Part shown: in pieces, positions 39,265 to 48,000 of the stretch
How the letters are laid out: each line of letters starts with the position of its first letter
Numbering within the stretch: the first letter of the stretch is position 1
From: Geopsychrobacteraceae bacterium
GTDB lineage: Bacteria > Desulfobacterota > Desulfuromonadia > Desulfuromonadales > Geopsychrobacteraceae
Reading direction: 5' to 3'
NCBI GenBank assembly: GCA_963676795.2
Contig: CAXXTB010000002.1
Location: forward strand, 1,984,001-2,048,000
Length of the DNA: 64,000 bases
Made by a program: the position numbers and the translations under genes
The notes under the pieces: generated by a model
What the model saw: the letters and a program-made list of their open reading frames with translations, nothing else
Databases searched by the model: none
What the model was told of the DNA's origin: nothing

Positions 39265-40326
39265 CTACTTATCCAACCATTCATCCACCCTATTTTTATA
39301 AGACGCCATTACATCATGGCGCCCACAAAGCTTAGGATTTATCAAAAATTCATAGCAAGTATTCAATGCGTCTCTGATCTCGTGCGCTCTCAATTCTGCA
39401 CAAAAAACCTTTATAAAATCTGACAAATCGACAATTGCCAAATCAAACCCAAGCTTGTTGCTAAAATCCAGTAATAGCTCAGGACTAGACAAAGCGTCAT
39501 CAGAGTTAATGTTTGAGGCAATAAGAATGTACTTCTGAAGCCCAGCTTCTCGCATTTTTGAACGAAGGTCTGGTATCCTGTTCTTCCAATCCTCTCGAAC
39601 CGTTACCTCATATGCATTAAGCAAAGTCCCATCAAGAAATTCCTCAATATCCCCATAAGTTTTGTCAAACTTATCTGAAGCATGAGGATGGTGAGTAACA
39701 ATATCTACTCCATAGCGCACCCTATGTCTTTTCAAAATTGCAGCAACAAGAAATTGCTGAATATGACCTTCAGAAGGAATAGAAATAAGACTATTTAACA
39801 ACGAAACAGATTTTGCATAAGTTAAATAATTTGCTGGAAGATTTGGCAAGGCTCTTGGAACAACTCGCGATTCACTCAATTGGCTACAAATATAATCAAA
39901 CATAACAAGTCGATTTTTCTTAGGAAGAGACAAATAACCAATAAAATCAGAAAATCTCGGATCACTAGACAGATCAAAATTTCTAACATTACCCTTAGTT
40001 CCGAGGTTTTCACCAAAAGCGGTAATATTTTTATGAAAAGTCACATATCTATCTGTTAGCTCAGACGAAAGCCTTTTATCTCCATATTTCCCACGAGTCC
40101 CAACAGGGATAGATTTTTTGTCCCAGGATGGATCCATTAATGAGTAAGACAAGAAAAACAAACAAGCAAGCTTTACACTTCCACCATTTTTAGAAAAAAA
40201 ACTTTCAAGGCTTGAGCGTATGTCCCTATCAGGAAGATCTACTACCTCTGCCCCATTGATGAACAAATCAACTTTTCTTAAAATTTCCGAAACGGCAGAC
40301 TCAACGTGTAAATTCCTTGGCATCAT
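39265..40326 (-). CDS. Type II restriction endonuclease (resembles SacI family)
   Basis: Coupled to a C5 methyltransferase; QQFLVAA...HHPHASDK...YGDIEE...AYEVT PD-(D/E)xK-like core. Confidence 0.7.
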   Translation of the reverse strand: MMPRNLHVESAVSEILRKVDLFINGAEVVDLPDRDIRSSLESFFSKNGGSVKLACLFFLSYSLMDPSWDKKSIPVGTRGKYGDKRLSSELTDRYVTFHKNITAFGENLGTKGNVRNFDLSSDPRFSDFIGYLSLPKKNRLVMFDYICSQLSESRVVPRALPNLPANYLTYAKSVSLLNSLISIPSEGHIQQFLVAAILKRHRVRYGVDIVTHHPHASDKFDKTYGDIEEFLDGTLLNAYEVTVREDWKNRIPDLRSKMREAGLQKYILIASNINSDDALSSPELLLDFSNKLGFDLAIVDLSDFIKVFCAELRAHEIRDALNTCYEFLINPKLCGRHDVMASYKNRVDEWLDK

Positions 40327-40328
40327 GC

Positions 40329-41384
40329 TCACAGAAATAAATCCCCCTGACAAAACAATTGAGAGTCATATAAATCTAAAAATTTATCACACCCATCATT
40401 CTTACCAATTTGAGAGGAAACCGCCTTCCCTATCGCCCGAGACAAAAGCGGAGGAACGGCATCTCCAATTTGAGTATATTGTGATGACTTGCTTCCAAAA
40501 AACTCCAAATCCCTTGGAAATGTTTGCACTATCGCACACTCTTCGACTGAGAGCCTTCGTGCTCCTTCAACCTGTCCACTTCTTGGTTTACCTCCACTAG
40601 ATAAGTGTCGATGATAATCAACAACAATCCCTCCAGTATCAATCCAGTGGGTCTTAGATCCACCAGATGAAGCTACAATGGTGTGACATAATCCATTAGG
40701 ATCAATTGGACGGCCACCACCATTGTAAACCAATCCAGCATATGGGTTTTTTCTCAAATCGGGATTTTTAGCATAGGTAACAGGAGTCTTTGCTGGTTCC
40801 CCGATAGGATCATCCTTCAAATAATCACTAATTTTTTCATAGGGCTTGCCTGCCAAGTCTCCATGTGTCGGAAAGGGGAACCTCAAAAACTCTTGCTTAC
40901 TGCCAAGAACAAACAATCTTTTTCGTTTTTGTGGAACGCCATAATCTCCTGCATGCAAAACTGACCAATTCAATTTATACCCTAGAGAACTCAAGCGATA
41001 TAATACAGAATCAAAATATGGTCTCGCTTTCTTTCCGATCAAGCCAGGTACATTTTCCATGACAAATGCCTCTGGCTGGACCTCTTCAATACAACGTATA
41101 AACTCAGGGACCATGTTTCGTTCATCTTTTTCAATCTTCTGCAGACCTCCTGTAGAAAACGGCTGGCAGGGGGGACCCCCAAAAACAACATCTACTTTTC
41201 CTCTGTACGAAGAAAAAGAAATCTCTCTTATATCCTTATTAAAATGGGAACAGCCCGTACTGTGGCTCGAATAGGTAGTTATTGCATCTTTGTTAAATTC
41301 TACACATAGAACTGGAACAATCCCAGCCTCCTTCATGCCTAGCGATAAACCTCCGGGACCACAGAACAAATCAATTGCTTTCAT
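40329..41384 (-). CDS. DNA (cytosine-5)-methyltransferase
   Basis: DLFCGPGG, GGPPCQPFS, MENVPG, YGVPQKRKR, RRLS..E...VQTFP, QIGDAVPP. Confidence 0.95.
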   Translation of the reverse strand: MKAIDLFCGPGGLSLGMKEAGIVPVLCVEFNKDAITTYSSHSTGCSHFNKDIREISFSSYRGKVDVVFGGPPCQPFSTGGLQKIEKDERNMVPEFIRCIEEVQPEAFVMENVPGLIGKKARPYFDSVLYRLSSLGYKLNWSVLHAGDYGVPQKRKRLFVLGSKQEFLRFPFPTHGDLAGKPYEKISDYLKDDPIGEPAKTPVTYAKNPDLRKNPYAGLVYNGGGRPIDPNGLCHTIVASSGGSKTHWIDTGGIVVDYHRHLSSGGKPRSGQVEGARRLSVEECAIVQTFPRDLEFFGSKSSQYTQIGDAVPPLLSRAIGKAVSSQIGKNDGCDKFLDLYDSQLFCQGDLFL

Positions 41385-41584
41385 TATTTACTTGGCACTT
41401 TCTAAGCTAGAATAAACCCATCCAGCAAACATCTATGGTTATTGTCCGAGATACCACATGTACTAATCCTACAAAAGTTCACGTTCAAAGTGAAGAGGAT
41501 CAAATTGGACCATCAGTGGACCAAAGCAGTGCAAAAAACAAAAAAAGGAAGCCAGCATAAAACGCTAACCTCCTGTTTTTATTG

Positions 41585-41671
41585 TGGTACCCGGGACGAG
41601 ACTTGAACTCGTACAATCCGAAGATCGAGGGATTTTAAGTCCCTTGCGTCTACCAATTCCGCCACCCGGGC
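41585..41671 (-). tRNA. tRNA-Leu (TAA)
   Basis: 87 nt GCCCGGGTGGCGGAATTGGTAGACGC...AGGGA-CTTAAAA-TCCCT, long variable arm, GTTCAAGTC T-loop, encoded CCA. Confidence 0.97.
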
Positions 41672-41723
41672 GTGGTGCACTATATTAGTGATTCTAATCG
41701 GTCTGTCAACCAGAAATCAGTGA

Positions 41724-42566
41724 CTATTTCCAGGGGTGGAAGAAATTGATCTCACCTTTTTCCTTGATGACCCCAAGCTCAGTACACAGCTGATAAAACA
41801 AACGTAATCCCTCAATATGATCCTTTTCCAGACGGTAATCTATAGTCTGCCAATACTCATGGACCCTTTCAACTTCCATCCCTCTGGCTTCGGCGGCTTT
41901 GACTGTATACGCGGTCACATTGTTGAGCATCTTTTTACGCGCAGCGACTAATTGATGATACAACTGGTTGAAGGCTTCCGGATCCTGATCCAGACTCTCC
42001 TTACGGATCATCCAGAGAGCGTAGACAAACGGCAAGCCGGTTGCCTGCATCCAAAGCTCTCCCAGATCGTAGAAATGCGTGTCGTTGATACAGCCTTTAG
42101 CTTTCCTTAACGCACGGTCACCGATCAGCAGTCCCGTTTCGCCGTTGTTGATAAAGTCTTCGATTGGTTCGTCCGGAACGACATAATTGATATTCGTCTG
42201 TTTAAGAAATATCTCAAGAATAATCCGCAGCAAATAGACCGAGGTGTCCGATTCCTCAGTCAGGTAAACAGTCTGTCCGCTCAAATTGTCGATATCCTTG
42301 GAGCTGAACAGCAGGACACTTTTAACTTCGCCAACGGACGAAATCGAAAGCTCCGGAAAAACCATGTAGTCTTGCCAGTTCAGTGCATATTCGATTGAAG
42401 ACGAAAGGCTGGCGTCGATATGACCGATCCGCAGCAGTCCATTCAGCTGGGCTGGCACGCCTTCGATCAGTTCTCCTTCGAATCCACACTCTTTGAGCAA
42501 CTCAAAGTAAGGTACACTGTTCAGAAACGGAATTTTGCCTACATTGAGTTGTTTTTTTTCAGACAT
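41724..42566 (-). CDS. mqnA: Chorismate dehydratase (futalosine menaquinone pathway)
   Basis: GKIPFLNSVP, SSIEY, VKSVLLFS, LLIGDRAL, DLGELW...TGLPFVYALW. Confidence 0.9.
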   Translation of the reverse strand: MSEKKQLNVGKIPFLNSVPYFELLKECGFEGELIEGVPAQLNGLLRIGHIDASLSSSIEYALNWQDYMVFPELSISSVGEVKSVLLFSSKDIDNLSGQTVYLTEESDTSVYLLRIILEIFLKQTNINYVVPDEPIEDFINNGETGLLIGDRALRKAKGCINDTHFYDLGELWMQATGLPFVYALWMIRKESLDQDPEAFNQLYHQLVAARKKMLNNVTAYTVKAAEARGMEVERVHEYWQTIDYRLEKDHIEGLRLFYQLCTELGVIKEKGEINFFHPWK

Positions 42567-42629
42567 AATAAAAACCTTGATCTATGAACAAGCCATTCTT
42601 GCTTTAGCCCATCCAGTTGACATGACAGA

Positions 42630-43967
42630 TTAGAGCTTCACTCTTTCGAGAAAGTTCGTATCAAAATTTCCATCGATAAAATCCTTATTGCCCATCATCT
42701 TCTGATGAAACGAGATGGTCGTCTTGATCCCCTCGATGATGTATTCATCAAGAGCCGTTGCCATCTTCTTGATCGCTTCCTCGCGGGTTTCCGCATGGAC
42801 AATCAGCTTGCCGATCATCGAATCGTAGTGCGGCAGAACGGTATACTGATCGTAGAGCGCACTTTCGACGCGAACCCCCATGCCACCAGGGACATGATAT
42901 CCGGTTATTTTTCCCGGGAATGGAGTGAATTTGACAGGATCCTCAGCGTTGATCCGGCACTCAATTGCATGCCCCTTGATCTGGATATCTTCCTGCTTGT
43001 AGCGCAGCGGCAGGCCGGCGGCAGCACGGATCTGCTCCTTGATGATATCGACTCCGGTGACCATCTCGGTGACCGGATGCTCAACCTGGACGCGGGTATT
43101 CATTTCCATGAAATAGAAACTGCCATCAGAATCGAGTAGATACTCGACTGTACCGGCACTGCAGTAGTTGACGGCCTTGGCCGCAGCTACCGCACACTCA
43201 CCCATCTTTTCACGGATATCCTGAGAAAGAACTGGACAGGGGGATTCTTCAATCAGTTTCTGGTGGCGTCTTTGAATGGAACAGTCGCGTTCGCCAAGAT
43301 GGATGACGTTACCATGCTTGTCGCCCATGATCTGAATCTCAACATGGCGCGGATTCTCACAGAACTTTTCGATATAGACATCGGCACGGCCAAACCCGGA
43401 TTGGGCTTCGGCGCGCGCTGTTGCCAGCGCGTTTGACAGGGATGCCGGAGAATGAACGATCTTCATCCCCCGTCCGCCACCACCAGCGGAAGCCTTGATA
43501 ATGACCGGATAGCCGATCGCCTCCGCGATCTTCTGCGCTTCCTCAGTCGTTTCAATACTTTCGTTGGTCCCCGGCAGAATCGGCACGCCTGCAGCGGTAA
43601 CAGTCTGACGCGCAGAGATTTTATCCCCCATCAGGCGCATACTTTCAGCAGTCGGGCCGATGAAGGTGATTCCGCACTGCTCGCAGATCTCAGCGAACTC
43701 GGCATTTTCGGAAAGAAAACCGTAACCCGGGTGGATCGCATCAGCATCAGCAATTTCAGCTGCGCTGATAATCGCTTTGATGTTCAGATAACTGTCGGCA
43801 CTGGCGGTCGGACCGATACAGATACTTTCATCGGCCAGACTGACATGCAGGGCTTCATGATCGGCGGTTGAATGAACGGCAACCGTCTTGATCCCCAGTT
43901 CCTTACATGCACGAATAATACGCAGTGCAATTTCACCGCGATTGGCAATCAATATTTTATGAAACAT
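42630..43967 (-). CDS. accC: Biotin carboxylase
   Basis: [42 protein letters not shown]. Confidence 0.97.
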   Translation of the reverse strand: MFHKILIANRGEIALRIIRACKELGIKTVAVHSTADHEALHVSLADESICIGPTASADSYLNIKAIISAAEIADADAIHPGYGFLSENAEFAEICEQCGITFIGPTAESMRLMGDKISARQTVTAAGVPILPGTNESIETTEEAQKIAEAIGYPVIIKASAGGGGRGMKIVHSPASLSNALATARAEAQSGFGRADVYIEKFCENPRHVEIQIMGDKHGNVIHLGERDCSIQRRHQKLIEESPCPVLSQDIREKMGECAVAAAKAVNYCSAGTVEYLLDSDGSFYFMEMNTRVQVEHPVTEMVTGVDIIKEQIRAAAGLPLRYKQEDIQIKGHAIECRINAEDPVKFTPFPGKITGYHVPGGMGVRVESALYDQYTVLPHYDSMIGKLIVHAETREEAIKKMATALDEYIIEGIKTTISFHQKMMGNKDFIDGNFDTNFLERVKL

Positions 43968-44026
43968 CGTCCTCTACTCCTGAATTATCCCTGGATCTGC
44001 TCACCCCGACCAAACAGCCGGCTCAA

Positions 44027-44494
44027 TCAGAGACGCTCGACAAGGAACAGAGTCTCGCCGTATTCAACCGGAGTCGCATCTTCTTTGGCGATCTCAATGA
44101 CCTTACACTTGAATTCAGCTTCAATGTCATTATAGAGCTTCATCGCTTCAAGCAGGCCCAGGGCCTGACCAACCTCGATAATATCTCCGACCTTGCAATA
44201 AGGGTCAGAGTCAGGTGTCGGACGGCGATAGAAGGTCCCGACCATAGGCGCGGTAATCGCTTCGTACTTGTCATTTACAACCTTTTCCTGCACAGGAGCT
44301 GGAGCTGCTGCCTCTGCAACAGGCAAAGCAGGAGTAACACTGGCAACAGGAACAGGCGCCGCAGCGACCTGAACAAACTCTTTCTCTACGCCACGCTTGA
44401 TCTGAACTTTTCCGTCAGCATCTTCAAGGTTGAATTCGGTAATATCGGTTTCGGTAATCAGTTTTATTAAGGCTTTAAGGTCTTTCAATTCCAT
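44027..44494 (-). CDS. accB: Biotin carboxyl carrier protein
   Basis: APMVGTFY, EAMK biotinylation site, Ala/Pro linker. Confidence 0.96.
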   Translation of the reverse strand: MELKDLKALIKLITETDITEFNLEDADGKVQIKRGVEKEFVQVAAAPVPVASVTPALPVAEAAAPAPVQEKVVNDKYEAITAPMVGTFYRRPTPDSDPYCKVGDIIEVGQALGLLEAMKLYNDIEAEFKCKVIEIAKEDATPVEYGETLFLVERL

Positions 44495-44553
44495 TTTATC
44501 CTCCTGAGAATTCTGACACCATACTTGAACAGCGGCAGAACTGACTTAAAATA

Positions 44554-45627
44554 TTACGCAGGCAACTGCCTGAAACCTTTTGGTATCGATGTCAAAATAT
44601 CACAGCCTGCAGCTGTGACAACAACCATATCCTCTATCCGTACACCGCCAACCTGAGGCAGGTAAATTCCAGGCTCAATGGTGATGACCATCCCTTCGGT
44701 CAGAACCTCGGTCGAGCGGGACGAAACGGAAGGCTGTTCGTGAATCTCAAGGCCGACACCGTGGCCAAGGCCGTGCCCGAAATATTCTCCAAACCCTGCA
44801 GCTGCAATCAGATCTCTGGCCACGGCATCAAGTGCCGCGATTTGCATCCCAGGCCGGACAGCCGCAATAGCGGAATCATGAGCTTCTAACACAATATCGA
44901 AAATTTGTCGAAGATTTCCCGCAGGCTCACCAACTGCGACAGTCACGGTTTCATCAGAATGATAACCGTCAACAACAGTTCCAAAATCGATGGTAACCAA
45001 CTCCCCTTCCTGCAGCACCTTCTCACTGGCGACTCCGTGTGGAAAGGCCCCCCGAGGGCCAGAGGCAACGATAAAATCGAAGGCATTGGCCTCCCCTCCC
45101 AGACGCTTCAAGGCAAATTCAAGCTCCAGGGCGATATGGCGCTCACTGATCCCGGGTCTGAACAGGGGAAGAATCGTGTCAAAGGCCTGCTTATTGAGAT
45201 CTGCTGCCTTGCAGATCAGAGCCAGTTCTTCAGCCGACTTCACTTGGCGCAAGGCCTGAACCTGTTTGCCAAGGGAGGTCCAAGTTAGTGAGTCTGGTGA
45301 AACGGATAACAGATCCTCATATTGAGCGACACTGATCGCAGCGGAATCGAAGCCTATCGATGAATACCTCTTGTCAGCCAGGTATTCAACGACAGCCTTG
45401 TATTTCTCTTTATAACAGACAACCTGATCGGCACGGACCTGCTGCCTGGCCTGTTGTTCGTAACGGGAATCGGAAAGGAACACCGTCTCCTCTCCTGAAA
45501 CAATAAAAACGCCATCTGTTCCGGTAAATGCGGAAAGATAGCGTATATTTGTCAGACCAAAAAAGACAATAGCATCCAGCTTTTCAGTCTGCATTATCGA
45601 TGTAAGCAGATGAAATCGGTTCAACAC
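44554..45627 (-). CDS. Xaa-Pro aminopeptidase (M24 family)
   Basis: DFG...GYHSDET, HGLGHGVGLEIHE, TIEPGIY, GVRIED. Confidence 0.93.
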   Translation of the reverse strand: MLNRFHLLTSIMQTEKLDAIVFFGLTNIRYLSAFTGTDGVFIVSGEETVFLSDSRYEQQARQQVRADQVVCYKEKYKAVVEYLADKRYSSIGFDSAAISVAQYEDLLSVSPDSLTWTSLGKQVQALRQVKSAEELALICKAADLNKQAFDTILPLFRPGISERHIALELEFALKRLGGEANAFDFIVASGPRGAFPHGVASEKVLQEGELVTIDFGTVVDGYHSDETVTVAVGEPAGNLRQIFDIVLEAHDSAIAAVRPGMQIAALDAVARDLIAAAGFGEYFGHGLGHGVGLEIHEQPSVSSRSTEVLTEGMVITIEPGIYLPQVGGVRIEDMVVVTAAGCDILTSIPKGFRQLPA

Positions 45628-45657
45628 ATCTGAAACCTTTTGTAGTAAGTCTATGAT

Positions 45658-46020
45658 TTACCCAAGAAGAGCCTCACGCAGTCCGTATGACTCCTTCAGC
45701 AACTGATAACGTCCCTGGCCGAAGTTACCGCTTCGCTTCAGAACCAGCGCGGCAAAATACTCAGCCGTCAGATGGCGGATGATAACATAATAACGATCAG
45801 TTTTGATCGACACTTCTTCCAATTCGCCATTCTGAAGAATTTCTGCAGTGTTACGGATTTCCTTGACGGTATTAGAATATTCGATCCCCATCAGGGTCAT
45901 ATCGGTATCATTGTCAGGATTTCTGAATGACTCGATACCGATTCCATCATAGCCCATCAGAATAGCCCCGATCGCATCTGCGGTATTACTCACAATTTTT
46001 TCAAGAGATTGCTTAAACAT
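45658..46020 (-). CDS. Roadblock/LC7 (MglB-like) protein
   Basis: GAILMGYDGI pattern, 120 aa, conserved position next to the TPR gene. Confidence 0.8.
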   Translation of the reverse strand: MFKQSLEKIVSNTADAIGAILMGYDGIGIESFRNPDNDTDMTLMGIEYSNTVKEIRNTAEILQNGELEEVSIKTDRYYVIIRHLTAEYFAALVLKRSGNFGQGRYQLLKESYGLREALLG

Positions 46021-46843
46021 GCTCTCTCCTACGCTGAATATTATTCAGAAGATGATTCAATTTGCTCAAAACATCAGATCCTTCTTGATCACGATTCAGC
46101 CCCTCTGAATCCTGCTCACTATCAGCCAATGTTACACAGCTGTCAATCGCCGATTCTTCTGCCACAGGCTCTTCCATGATGACAGGCTCAACAGCTTCAT
46201 CGGCAACAGGTTCAAGAACGTCAGAGTCTGATTCGAGCTCCTTGATCTTTCGCCTTAACACCAAGTCATCCGGAGACGCAGCAGAAAGCTTGCGATACAT
46301 GTCCAGAGCATCTGCCCTTAAGCCCTGTTTCAAATAAAGGTCAGCCAGCGTCGTTGAAATCAACGGGCCTTTTTTCGTTTCGGCTTCTTCCTCAGCAATA
46401 GCCTCATCACTACCAGGCTCAGGAACAGGAAGCGAAAGCAGCAATTTATTGATCACCGGATCGGCAGGACTCAAATGACGTGCTCTGAGCAAATAGTCCC
46501 TGGCCTCATCCTCTTCACCGAGGAGAATCTTCACACGGGCAATACCGACCAGAGCGGCAAGGCTGTCGGGCTCCAGGTCGAGCGACTTTTTAAATGACTC
46601 AGCCGAGCCTTTGTAATCTTCCAGCTGACAGAGGATTCGAGCCATGACGATATGGGCCGGTCCGAAATCAGGGTGACGCTCAAGCCCCCGCAACAGGATC
46701 TGACGACCATCATCATACATGCCCAGTTTACGGTAGGTTTCAGCCAAAGAAACAAAAATAGTCGAACTCGGATCCTTGACCAGAATTTCCGTATAAACGG
46801 CTATCTTCCCTAAAAAAGTTGTCTGCTGATTCTGCTCACTCAT
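46013..46843 (-). CDS. Tetratricopeptide-repeat protein
   Basis: DPSSTIFVSLAETYRKLG TPRs; TTLADLYLKQG. Confidence 0.85.
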   Translation of the reverse strand: MSEQNQQTTFLGKIAVYTEILVKDPSSTIFVSLAETYRKLGMYDDGRQILLRGLERHPDFGPAHIVMARILCQLEDYKGSAESFKKSLDLEPDSLAALVGIARVKILLGEEDEARDYLLRARHLSPADPVINKLLLSLPVPEPGSDEAIAEEEAETKKGPLISTTLADLYLKQGLRADALDMYRKLSAASPDDLVLRRKIKELESDSDVLEPVADEAVEPVIMEEPVAEESAIDSCVTLADSEQDSEGLNRDQEGSDVLSKLNHLLNNIQRRREHV

Positions 46844-46858
46844 ATCGACTCCATGGAA

Positions 46859-47938
46859 TCAAAGCACTGAGGCAAAAAGGTCGGCTACATTTTCAACTTT
46901 TTTCAGTTGGGTCTCACCAATCCCACAATTAAGAACCATTGTCAGGGTCCCCTGATTTACCTTCTTGTCATGCTGCATGGCAGCAACATATTGTTCAAGA
47001 GAGAACCCCTCCGGAGCCGTAACAGGCAAACCAAGAGTGGTCAGCAGCGCAACAATACGCTCAACATCCTCTTTAGAACACAGACCTAACTGCTGCGATA
47101 TCTTGGCTGCAACGACCATCCCGACTGCAACAGCCTCACCATGCTTCCACTGGCCATAACCGGCCAGGGACTCAATCGCATGGCCGAAGGTGTGCCCATA
47201 ATTCAGGATCGCCCGCAAGGAACTTTCGCGCTCATCAGACCCGACAACATCGGCCTTGATCTGACAGGATGTCTTGATGGCATGAATCAGTGCCGCTGGG
47301 TCAAGTTTTCTCAGTTTGTCGGCATTATTCTCAAGCCAGGTAAAAAAATCAGCATCGCGAATGACACCATACTTGACGACCTCGGCAAGCCCAGAGGAGA
47401 TTTCCCTCGGTTCAAGGGTTCTCAGCGTATCAATATCGATATGGACCAGTTCAGGCTGATAAAAGGCGCCGATCAGGTTTTTGCCAAGAGGGTGATTGAC
47501 AGCCGTCTTACCACCGACCGAGCTGTCAACCTGCGATAACAGTGTTGTCGGAACCTGAGCATAAGGAATCCCGCGTAACATCGTAGCAGCAGCGAAACCA
47601 GCCATATCACCGATAACACCGCCGCCCAGAGCGACAATACCGCAGCCACGATCAAAAGATTGCTCTATCAGAAAATCATAGACAGAGGTCAATGTTTCCA
47701 AAGTCTTGTATTCTTCACCATCTGGAACATTACATCGAGAAACAGAAAAACCATCTTTTTCAAGGCTGTGAAGGACGATCTCTCCGTAAATCCGATCAAC
47801 TGTCGGGTTGGAAATCACCGCAACACGTTTCGGGAAATTAACTTTTGTAAGATTTTCGCCAAGAGTTTTAAGCGATCCCGACGAAATCTCGATCGGATAG
47901 CTCCGCTCCCCCAGTGACACATTCAAAGTTTCCTGCAT
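46859..47938 (-). CDS. aroB: 3-dehydroquinate synthase
   Basis: DGEEYK, ALGGGVIGD, PTTLLSQVDSSVGGKT, LNYGHTFGHAIE. Confidence 0.97.
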   Translation of the reverse strand: MQETLNVSLGERSYPIEISSGSLKTLGENLTKVNFPKRVAVISNPTVDRIYGEIVLHSLEKDGFSVSRCNVPDGEEYKTLETLTSVYDFLIEQSFDRGCGIVALGGGVIGDMAGFAAATMLRGIPYAQVPTTLLSQVDSSVGGKTAVNHPLGKNLIGAFYQPELVHIDIDTLRTLEPREISSGLAEVVKYGVIRDADFFTWLENNADKLRKLDPAALIHAIKTSCQIKADVVGSDERESSLRAILNYGHTFGHAIESLAGYGQWKHGEAVAVGMVVAAKISQQLGLCSKEDVERIVALLTTLGLPVTAPEGFSLEQYVAAMQHDKKVNQGTLTMVLNCGIGETQLKKVENVADLFASVL

Positions 47939-47957
47939 AAAATACTTCTTTTCAGAC

Positions 47958-47986
47958 AAAAAAAGGGCAGGTTTCCCTGCCCTTTT
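47958..47986 (-). terminator. Terminator after pilQ
   Basis: AAAAGGGCAGG-GAAA-CCTGCCCTTTTTTT on the minus strand. Confidence 0.85.
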
Positions 47987-48000
47987 GGGAAAACAGTCGA

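Larger units (their letters stand above)
32742..41641. mobile_element. Integrative element of about 8.8 kb in tRNA-Leu(TAA) carrying two defence systems
   Basis: 58-bp flanking direct repeats, visibly AT-rich interior, tyrosine integrase, excisionase-like gene and Rep initiator. Confidence 0.93.

Noticed and set aside
32742..41641. Prophage
   Set aside because: No capsid, terminase, tail, lysis or Zot-like morphogenesis genes
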